Shown here piece after piece: positions 1 to 9,176 of a DNA stretch of 64,000 nucleotides; position 1 is the first letter of the stretch, and every line of letters starts with the position of its first letter. The position numbers and the translations under genes were made by a program. The stretch is from Mustelus asterias (lineage: Eukaryota). The notes below the pieces were generated by a model, which searched no databases, was not told the DNA's origin, and was given only the letters and a program-made list of their open reading frames with translations. Location of the stretch: assembly GCF_964213995.1 (NCBI RefSeq), contig NW_027591173.1:1-64000 (forward strand), written 5' to 3'.

Positions 1-158
1 CACCCTGCAAAAGAAATTCAGGAAAATGATATGAAGTATGGATAGAAACTCCGAACAGACAATTCTTGTTTCTCTGGAACATTTTTCCTCTCTTGTTCCC
101 CCAAATCTGTAAATCCCCGTCACACACACTCTCCCTCCTCCCTGGGCTGAAATCCAAA

Positions 159-273
159 TGTGGAAATGCCGACGTTGGACTGGGGTAAACACAGTAAGAA
201 GTTTAACAACACCAGGTTAAAAGGCCATTCACCTGTGTGTCTATTTAACCTGATGTTGTTAAACTTCTTACTG
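159..273. mobile_element. Short Penelope-like inverted-repeat insertion
   Basis: About 30-bp inverted repeat cagtaagaagtttaacaacaccaggttaaa / tttaacctgatgttgttaaacttcttactg, same terminus as 46266-46679; flanked by direct repeat ctgaaatccaaa (147-158, 271-282). Confidence 0.7.
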
Positions 274-298
274 AAATCCAAACCCATCTCACCATTTA

Positions 299-628
299 AT
301 CATAGAAACCCTACAGTGCAGAAGGAGGCCATTCAGCCCATCGAGTCTGCACTGACCACAATCCCACCCAGGCCCTACCCCCACATATTTACCCGCTAAT
401 CCCTCTCACCTACTCATCTCAGGATTCTAAGGGGCAATTTTTAGCATGGCCAATCAACCTAAGCCGCACATCTTTGGACTGTGGGAGGAAACCGGAGCAC
501 CCGGAGGAAACCCACGCAGACATGGGGAGAATGTGCAAACTCCACACAGACAGTGGCCCAAGCCAGGAATCGAACCCAGGTCCCTGGAGCTGTGAAGCAG
601 CAGTGCTAACCATTGTGCTACCGGTCCA
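299..628 (-). mobile_element. HE1-type tRNA-derived V-SINE
   Basis: Reverse complement of head gcacaatggttagcactgctg...gggttcgattcc, V-domain gtggagtttgcacattctccc...gggtttcctccgggtgctccgg and CR1-like tail. Confidence 0.85.
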
Positions 629-979
629 CTCCCAGTTTTCTCCCTCCCTCTCCTCTGTCTGGGTTCAGTTCTCCAGCTCCTGTCTGCAGACTGACAATAA
701 AACCAATGGGTCTTATTGGGGGTGTTGGAGCCTCCAGCGGGTGTTTGTGAATCCTCCCCGCCCACCTCCCAGGGTTTCCTTCCTTCCCAGAGATCAGAGT
801 CCTCATTGATTTGAGGCCAAAGTGTAACCTCTTATTTATTGTCCCCCTCCCCCATCCTCTGATGTGAACCATCCTCCAGTGGCTGAGCCAGGATGGGGCC
901 GTTAACCTGGGCCTGTTCCCGGGAGGGAGGGAGGGAGAAGCCCCGCAGCTGCAAACCAGGGAGCTGACAATGATTCTGA

Positions 980-1550
980 TGGGTTTGCGGATCCACAAAG
1001 TGTTTCCAAATCCTCCCAGCCACCGCCTAACGCTGACTCCGCTTCTCCGGGACAAACAAGCGCCAAGGACAGCAATGACACTGCGCATGCTCCACATCAC
1101 AATGCTTGGGGACTGATTGACGGCAGCTCCGGACCAATAGGAAGAGGGGGCGGGGCTGGAGGACCAAGCGGGAGCGGCTGGTCCTCCAACCAATCGGAGT
1201 GAATGAGGGGCGGGGCTGGAGGACCGAGCGGGAGTGGCTGGTCCTCCAACCAATCGGAGTGAATGAGGGGCAGGAAGTGCGGGTAATGGCGACGGACAGA
1301 CGGCCGGTTTTATCTTGGAAACGAGATCAATACGAGGTAGCGGGCGGCGTGCGGGGAATGATAAATGTGGCGGGTGGGTGGAGAGACTTTGTAAACATGT
1401 TGTTCAAACCCAAACCCCGGAAATGAACTTCCCGGTCCCCCCCTTTGTACCAAATGGAGCGGCAGCTGGTAGTGTTAGACCCGGGCTGACTGCCGCCATT
1501 GAGGCTGCATGTGGGAGGCCGGCAGGGATTGTGATCGGAGAGTGAAGCCC
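980..1550. promoter_or_regulatory. CpG-island, probably bidirectional promoter of a ZNF gene pair
   Basis: CpG-rich; NRF1-like tgcgcatgctc, three CCAAT boxes, GGGGCGGGG boxes (60-bp internal duplication 1146-1270), ETS-like caggaagtg/ccggaaatg, YY1-like gccgccatt; homologous in inverted orientation to 47380-47505. Confidence 0.7.
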
Positions 1551-1800
1551 TGACGTCACAATGGGATGGGTGAGAGTGTGAGGTCACAATGGAATGGGTG
1601 AGAGATTGACGTCACAATGGAATGGGTGGGAGTGTGACGTCACAATGGAATGGGTGAGGGTGTGACATCACAATGGAATGGGTGAGGGTGTGACGTCACA
1701 TGGAATGGGTGAGAGTGTGACGTCACAATGGAATGGGTGAGGGTGTGACGTCACAATGAAATGGGTGAGGGTGTGATGTCACAATAGAATGGGTGAGGGT
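1548..1800. repeat. 28-bp minisatellite (9 units) containing CRE palindromes
   Basis: Unit tgacgtcacaatggaatgggtgagrgtg; 6 units with perfect TGACGTCA. Confidence 0.9.
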
Positions 1801-1848
1801 TCCAGATGAGCTGAGACTGGGCTGGAGTCGGGCGATGGCACTGACATG

Positions 1849-2150
1849 TGGCCCGGTGGCACAGTGGTTAGTGCAGCTGCCTAACAGCGCCAGGGACCCG
1901 GGTTCAATTCCAGCCTCGGGTCGCTGTCTGTGCAGAGTTTCTACATTCTCCCCGTGTCTGCGTGGGTTTCCTCCGGGTGTTCCGGTTTCCTTCCACAGTC
2001 CAAGGATGTGCCGGTTCGACGGATTGGCCATGATAAATTGCCACTTGGTATCAGGGGGATTAACAGGTAAATATGTGGATAGGGCCTGGATGGGATTGTT
2101 GTCGGTGCAGGCTCGATGGGCTGAATGGCCTCCTTCTATACTGTATTTTA
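1849..2150 (+). mobile_element. HE1-type V-SINE
   Basis: ggtggcacagtggttagtgcagctgcc...gggttcaattcc head, V-domain, tail ...gggctgaatggcctccttct. Confidence 0.85.
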
Positions 2151-3896
2151 TTATTCATTACTTTTAATTAATTACTATTAATGCTTCTATGAATGAAGGT
2201 GGTCTTGATGATGATGTGGACATGTGGCTGGAAGCTCATCTTGGGATGAACTATTTCACCCTGGTTGTCAACAGTGTGGTTCAGCCTCAGACAGTTGCCA
2301 GGAGGAGAGATAAAGTTGTTGGCGAGGGAGTGGAGTTTGTAGTGGGGACTGAACACAATGGGTTCAGTCTTCCCAGTATTTATATGAAATAAATTTCTGT
2401 TCTTTCAGTACTGGATGTCAGACAAGTCAGGATGGTGTGTGGGTTGGAGAGGAGCTTGGAGCTCATGGTGTTCACAGGGTTTGGAAATTCTGTCAAAGTT
2501 CCTGTTGAGTTGTAGATGTATAAAATCTCTCTCCTCACCTCCGGCCTCTCCTACTTCTCTCTGTTTCCACTCAGAGTGTGGAGATGCCGGCGTTGGACTG
2601 TGGTAAGCACAGTAAGAAGTCTCACAACACCAGGTGAGAATCCATTGATATGGATGGAGATTTACAACTTTTTGGGAATGAAATAGGAAAGAATGTTCTA
2701 TAGAAACTAGAATTGTCTGCTCTGAATTTCTATCCTATACTGATTGTGATGACTTTTGCAAACTCATTTCACAGGATTTTCAATGAGGAATCACAGGCAA
2801 AAATCTCAACGCCACGTCTAGACAGAGTCATATTCCTTGGGATCTGAATATCTTGTAATATGGAACTGTAGCTACGTTATATATTTCCAGACATCTCTTC
2901 CCTCAGAGGGTTGTGAGTCTTTTGGATTTCTCTTCTACAGGGACCAGTGGAGGCTGAGATTCATTGAATATATTCCAGTTAGACAGATCTTTGACTGACA
3001 AGGGTGTCAAGGGTTATGGGGAAAAGAAGATTTTGGAGCAAAAGCTAATATGTGGGGGGATTTCTTCACTGAAGGGTGTGGTAAAGCTTTGGAATTCTCA
3101 ACCCCTGAGGACAGTGAAGCCTCAGTCATTAACTATTTTCAAGAGCGAGATTGATTGGTTTCTAGATATTGAAGGTATCAAGGGACATGGGTTTAGTGCG
3201 GGGAGAATGATGCTGAGGTAGATGAACGAATTATCTCATTGAATAGTTTAAAAGGCTCGATGGGCCAAATGGCCGACTGCAGCTCCTATTTGTTCTGGTC
3301 TCTGTGTCCAGGACAGGAAGCAGTGAGCATGGATCTGTCAATCAGCCTCAATCAGCACCTTCAGGAGAATTGGGAGGGTGAATATTAGATACAGCAGAGT
3401 GAGAATGGAGGGAGAGTGTGTGGGATGGAGATTTACAGCTTTTTGGGACTGAAATAGGAAAGAATGTTCCATGGAAACTAGAATTGCGTGTTCTGAATTT
3501 CTATCCTGTACTGACACTGATGACCTTTGTAAACTCGTTTTACAGGATATTGAAAGAGGAATCACAGACTGAAATCTCAAACGTCACGTCTAGATCTGAC
3601 AGAGTTATATTCCTTGGGAGCTGAATATCATCGGCCTTTGAATCTAGAAGGAGAAATGGTTGTCCGGTCTGTCGATTTGAAAAGATTTCAAACATCAGTG
3701 TAACTGGACAAGCACCAACACACTGCCACACTCGAGTGAGAGTCTTCCAGTGCACTGACTAAAGAGCTTCAACCAGTTACACAGCCTGAATAAATATCAC
3801 ACCATTCACAGCAGGGAGAGACTGTACCCGTGTTCTGTGTGTGGACAAGGCTTCAACTGATTGTCCACCTAAGACAGAGGCAAGGACACCTGCACC

Positions 3897-4907
3897 ATGG
3901 AGAAACCATGGAAATGTGCAGACTGTGGGAAGAGATACAGAGTCCCATCTCTGCTGGAAGCTCATCGGCGCAGCCACACTGGGGAGAGACCATTCACCTG
4001 CTCTCAGTGTGGGAAGGGATTCACTCGGTCATCTGACCTGCAGACACACCAGCGAGTTCACACTGGGGAGAGACCGTTCACCTGCTCTCAGTGTGGGGAG
4101 GGATTCACTCAGTCATCCCACCTGCAGAGACACCAGCGAGTTCACACTGGAGAGAGACCATTCACCTGCTCTCAGTGTGGGGAGGGATTCACTCAGTCAT
4201 CCAGCCTGCAGGCACACCAGCGAGTTCACACTGGGGAGACGCCATTCAGCTGCTCTCAGTGTGGGAAGGGATTCACTTGTTCATCCCACCTGCGGAGGCA
4301 CCAGCGAGTTCACACGGGGGAGAGACCATTTACGTGTTCTCAGTGTGGGGAGGGATTCACTCAGTCATCCAGCCTGCGGACACACCAGCGAGTTCACACT
4401 GGGGAGAGGCCATTCAGCTGCTCTCAGTGTGGGAAGGGATTCACTTGTTCATCCAGCCTGCAGACACACCAGCGAGTTCACACTGGGGAGAGACCATTCA
4501 GCTGTGCTCAGTGTGGGAAGGGATTCACTCAGTTATCCAACCTGCAGAAACACCAGCGAGTTCATACTGGGGAGAGACCGTTCAGCTGCTCTCAGTGTGG
4601 GGAGGGATTCACTTGTTCATCCAGCCTGCAGACACACCAGCGAGTTCACACTAGGGAGAGACCATTCAGCTGCTCTCAGTGTGGGGAGGGATTCTGTGAT
4701 CCATCCAGTCTGCGGAGGCACCAGCGAGTTCACACTGGGGAGAGACCATTCACCTGCTCTGATTGTGGCAAGGGATTCAGTCAATCATCCAACCTGGTAA
4801 AGCACCAGCGAATTCACACTGGGGACAGGCCATTCACCTGCTCCGTGTGTGGGAAGGGATTCACTCAGTCACCTCACCTGCTGAAACACCATCATGTTCA
4901 CGAGTGA
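3897..4907 (+). CDS. C2H2 zinc-finger protein, 12 tandem fingers, no effector domain seen
   Basis: 336-aa ORF of CxxC-x12-HxxxH repeats with TGERP linkers; Kozak caccATGG; upstream acceptor ...tttacag at about 3546; AATAAA at about 4984. Confidence 0.9.
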   Translation: MEKPWKCADCGKRYRVPSLLEAHRRSHTGERPFTCSQCGKGFTRSSDLQTHQRVHTGERPFTCSQCGEGFTQSSHLQRHQRVHTGERPFTCSQCGEGFTQSSSLQAHQRVHTGETPFSCSQCGKGFTCSSHLRRHQRVHTGERPFTCSQCGEGFTQSSSLRTHQRVHTGERPFSCSQCGKGFTCSSSLQTHQRVHTGERPFSCAQCGKGFTQLSNLQKHQRVHTGERPFSCSQCGEGFTCSSSLQTHQRVHTRERPFSCSQCGEGFCDPSSLRRHQRVHTGERPFTCSDCGKGFSQSSNLVKHQRIHTGDRPFTCSVCGKGFTQSPHLLKHHHVHE

Positions 4908-5051
4908 CTGCAAGGACTGAATTTTGCTGTTAATCTCATCGAGGTCCCAACCATTTTCATTGGTGTCTGTTTCTGCTGATGTTAATAAACCCTGGCCCAG
5001 TTGTAAGATTTGTATTGTGGATTGTCTTGTCTGAGTCCTGAACTCGGAAAT

Positions 5052-5217
5052 AAAAACAAGAAGTGCTGTAAAAACTCAGCAGGTCTGACAGCATCTCTGG
5101 AGAGAGAAACAGAGCTAATGTTTTGACACTGAAGAAGAGTCACATTCAACTGGAAACATTAACTGTTCCTGTCTTTACAGATACTGTCAGACTTACTGAG
5201 ATTTTGCAGCAGTTTTT
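5052..5217. mobile_element. Palindromic Penelope-related short element
   Basis: Imperfect inverted arms (tgctgtaaaaactcagcaggtctgacagcatc / gatactgtcagacttactgagattttgcagca) around ctgaaga...gaaac; relatives at about 11815-11915, 23990-24140, 32610-32680. Confidence 0.5.
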
Positions 5218-5227
5218 AGAATGACGG

Positions 5228-6048
5228 TGAATAAAGAACAAAGAACAATACAGCACAGGAACAGGCCCTTTGGCCCTCCAAGCCCGCGCCGCTCCCTGGT
5301 CCAAACGAGACCATTCTTTTGTATCCCTCCATTCCCACTCCGTTCATGTGGCTATCTAGATAAGTCTTAAACGTTCCCAGTGTGTCCGCCTCCACCACCC
5401 TGCCTGGCAGCGCATTCCAGGCCCCCACCACCCTCTGTGTAAAATATGTCCTTCTGATATCCGTGTTAAACCCCCCCCCCGCCCTCACCTTGAACCTATG
5501 ACCCCTCGTGAACGTCACCACCGACCTGGGGAAAAGCTTCCCAGCGTTCACCCTATCTATGCCTTTCATAATTTTATACACCTCTATTAGGTCACCCCTC
5601 ATCCTCCGTCTTTCCAGTGAGAACAACCCCAGTTTACCCAATCTCTCCTCATAACTAAGCCCTTCCATACCAGGCAACATCCTGGTAAACCTCCTCTGTA
5701 CTCTCTCTAAAGCCTCCACGTCCTTCTGGTAGTGTGGCGACCAGAACTGGGCGCAGTATTCCAAATGCGGCCGAACCAACGTTCTATACATCTGCAACAT
5801 CAGACCCCAACTTTTATACTCTATGCCCCGTCCTATAAAGGCAAGCATGCCATATGCCTTCTTCACCACCTTCTCCACCTGTGACGTCGCCTTCAAGGAT
5901 CTGTGGACTTGCACACCCAGGTCCCTCTGCGTATCTACACCCTTTATGGTTCTGCCATTTATCGTATAGCTCCTCCCTACATTATTCCTACCAAAATGCA
6001 TCACTTCGCATTTATCAGGGTTGAACTCCACCTGCCATTTCTTTGCCC
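5228..6048 (-). mobile_element. Young 5'-truncated CR1 LINE (ORF2 3' end)
   Basis: WAKKWQVEFNPDKCEVMHFG...RPHLEYCAQFWSP...ERVQRRFTRM; tail (gttcttt)n; near-identical to 44732-46199. Confidence 0.9.
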
Positions 6049-6912
6049 AGGACGAGAAGGGGGGATGTAATAACTGGAAATGAGAAAATGGCTGAGGCAT
6101 TGAACAGGTATTTTGTGTCGGTCTTCACAGTGGAAGACACAAAGAACATGCCAAAAATTGATGACAGGAAGGCTATGGCAGGTGAGAACCTAGAAACTCT
6201 CATCACGAAAGAGGTAGTGTTGGGCAAGTTAATGGGGCGAAAGGTAGACAAGTCTCCTGGTCCTGATGGAATGCATCCCAGGGTAATAAAAGAGATGGCG
6301 GGAGAAATAGCAAATGCACTAGCGGTAATTTACCAAAATCCGCTGGACTCTGGGGTGGTTCCTGCAGATTGAAAACAGCAAATGTGACGCCACTGTTTAA
6401 AAAAGGAGGTAGACAAAAGGCAGGTAACTATAGGCCGGTTAGCTTCACTTCTGTAGTAGGGAAAATGCTTGAATCTATCATCAAGGAAGAAATAGCGAGA
6501 CATCTGGATATAAATTGTCCCATTGATAAGACACAGCATGGGTTCATGAAGGACAGGTCATGTTTGACTAATTTGGTGGAATTCTTTGAGAACATTTCAT
6601 GTGTAGTGGACAATGGGGAACTTGTGGATGTGGTGTATCTGGATTTCCAGAAGGCATTTGACAAGGTGCCGCACCAAAGACTGCTGCATAAGATAAAGGT
6701 GCAGTGTTATGGGTAATGTATTAGCATGGATAGAGGATTGGTTAACTAACAGAAAGCAAAGAGTGGGGGTAAGTGGGTGTTTTTCTGGTTGGCGATCAGT
6801 GACTAGTGGTGTGCCTCAGGGATCAGTGTTGGGACCGCAATTGTTTACGATTTACATAAATGATTTGGAGTTGGGGACTAAGTGTAGTGTGTCAAAATTC
6901 GCAGATGACACT
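6049..6912 (+). mobile_element. Older CR1 LINE RT fragment (stops/frameshifts)
   Basis: [47 protein letters not shown] motifs. Confidence 0.88.
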
Positions 6913-6975
6913 ATGCCTTATTCACTACCTGGAGAGAATTCAGAGATTGGTGTAAAACTGGGATCTGCTCCTAAA

Positions 6976-7457
6976 TGAAAGGATCAATGTTTACTTTTGC
7001 CACTCTTTTTCGTTTTATATATTTGTAGAAACTTTTGCTTTCTGTTTTTATATTCTGAGCTAGTTTACTCTCATAATCCATCTTACCTTTCTTTATAGCT
7101 TTTTTCATGGCTTTCTGCTGACCTTTAAAGATTTCCCAATCCTCTCAGTTCCCACTTATCTTTGCCACTTTGTATGCATTTTCTTTCAATTTGATACCTC
7201 CTTTATATCCTTCGATATCCATGGCTGATTATCTCTTTTTCTACAGTCTTCCTTATCACTGGTATATACTTTTGCTGAGCACTGTGAAAGATTGCTTTGA
7301 AAATCCTCCACTGTTCCTCAATTGTCCCACCATAAAGCTTTTGTCCCAGTCTACCTCAGCCAACTCCTCCTTCATCCCTTTATAGTCTCCTTAGTTTAAG
7401 TACAAGACACTGGCATTGGATTTTACCTTCTCACGCTCCATCTGTATTTTAAATTCA
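6976..7457 (-). mobile_element. Degraded CR1 ORF2 fragment
   Basis: Resembles CR1 endonuclease-RT spacer region on the minus strand; degraded. Confidence 0.5.
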
Positions 7458-7459
7458 AC

Positions 7460-8030
7460 CAAGGAAGGAATTCAATTACCCATCCCTGCTGGAAACTCAT
7501 CGACGCAGTCACACTGGGATGAGGCCATTCATCTGTCCCCAGTGTGGGAAGGGATTTGCTCACTCATCTACTCTGCTGAGACACCAGCAAATTCACACTG
7601 AGACGAGGCCATTCAATTGCTCTTGTGTAGGAAGGGATTCAGTTGGTCATCCAGTCTCCTGACACACCAGCGAGTTCACACCGTGGAGAAGCCATTCACC
7701 TGCACCCAGTGTGAGAAGAGATTCGCTGGACTCATCCAACCGAGCAATACAATGGCGAACTCACAACGAGGAGAGGCCATTCACCTGCTCCCAGTGTGGG
7801 AAGGGATTTAATAGTCATCCAAACTAGCAGTACACCAGCGAGTTCACACTGGAGAGAGGCCTTTTACCGACTGTGTGTGTGGCAAGAGATTCATTGACTC
7901 ATCCAGCCTAGCAATATACCAGCGAATTCACAAAGGGGAGAGGCCATTCACTTGCTCCCGGTGTGGGAAGGGATATGTTACCTCATCCACTCTTCTGAGA
8001 CACCAGCGAATTCACAAGGAACTATTGTGA
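7460..8030 (+). pseudogene. C2H2 ZNF pseudogene (paralog of 19885-20646)
   Basis: Finger/linker repeats with frameshifts and stops; ends [21 protein letters not shown] versus [21 protein letters not shown]. Confidence 0.85.
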
Positions 8031-8354
8031 TTGTATTTTCCTGTTGAGCATATTCAGACTAAACCATGTTCCTTTGGGTCTGTTTCTGCTGAATTGAAAA
8101 ATAACTTCAGCTCTGTTTAGGTGTTAATATAGTTGGTCTGAGAAGAGGAGGATTTGGGGTCAGGAAACTTGTACAAAGCATCAGATTATCTGAACAGCAG
8201 AGAATTTTGTACATGGAAGGAAACAACTCCGTTCTCAATCACATTATGGAGAAACCGTGCAAATGTGGAGACTGAAGTGATTGGTGGACCATTTTTTTTT
8301 GGTTTTCTAATTCAGCACATTTTTATTTTTATTCGTTTACTATCATATTATGGT

Positions 8355-8612
8355 GAGCACTCGGGTTTGATTCCTGGCTTGGGTCACTGTCTGTGTGGAG
8401 TTTGCACGTTCTCCCCGTGTCTGCATGGGTTTCCTCCGGTGCTCCGGTTTCCTCCCAGTCGGAAAGACATGCTGGTTCGGTGCATCGGCTATGCTAAATT
8501 CTCCCTCTGTGTATCCAAATAGGAGCTGGAGTGTGGCAACTCGGGGATTTTCAGTAACTTCATTGCTGTGTTAATGTAAGCCTACTTGTGACACTAATCA
8601 ATAAACTTAAAC
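8355..8612 (+). mobile_element. V-SINE with alternative 3' tail (5' truncated)
   Basis: V-domain followed by ...cagtaacttcattgctgtgttaatgtaagcctacttgtgacactaatcaataaac. Confidence 0.8.
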
Positions 8613-8714
8613 TATATTACATGTAGCTCCGCTGTATCTTTCCAGTCAGACTCATTACAGCTCAGAAGGAATGCATTGGGTTTCTCAAACCTATTTGACT
8701 CTTTGTAGACGAGT

Positions 8715-9176
8715 TACACGGCCTGAAAAAAACATCACAACATGCAGCGTGGGGAGAAACTGTAGACATGTTCTGTGTGTGGACGAAGCTTCAACCTGGA
8801 GAGATACGAGGACTCTGGCACCATGGAGAAACTGTGGAAATGAGAGGATTGTGGGAAGGGATTCAATTACCCATCTGTACTGAAAACTCATCAATGCAGT
8901 CACACTGGGGTAGAGGCTGTTCAGTTGTGCTGACTGTGGGAAGGGATTCACTCAGTCATCTGCTCTGCAGAAACAGCAAGTTCACACTGGAGAGAGACCA
9001 TTCACCTGCTCTGAGTTTGGGAAAGGATTCACTGAGTCATCATCTGTGGAGAAACCAGAGAGTTCATCTTGGTGAGAGGCCATTTACTGGCACTCAGTGT
9101 GGGAGCAAAAGAATGATTCAACCCCTGTTGAGACATTATGGCAATCACTCAGATTAGACCCATTATCTGCTCTGGG
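8715..9176 (+). pseudogene. C2H2 ZNF pseudogene (MEK-start type), truncated by LTR element
   Basis: ggcaccATGgagaaactgtggaaatga (early stop), decayed fingers, ends at LTR start. Confidence 0.75.

Noticed and set aside
299-628. tRNA genes and recurrent small ORFs such as [17 protein letters not shown]
   Set aside because: tRNA-derived SINE heads and their translations
3841-4800. 319-aa overlapping ORF ([21 protein letters not shown] repeats) and similar ORFs over other ZNF genes
   Set aside because: Shifted-frame shadow of the 84-bp finger repeat, non-ATG start, no independent evidence
3897-4907. PRDM9 or a named human ZNF ortholog
   Set aside because: No SET, KRAB or SSXRD exons recognised; finger similarity alone does not support a gene symbol
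5228-6912. Apparent 5'-inverted (twin-primed) single CR1
   Set aside because: The two parts belong to different subfamilies ([14 protein letters not shown] versus INDLEEGVTGVISK in the young family), and a gacg duplication suggests a young copy inserted into an older one
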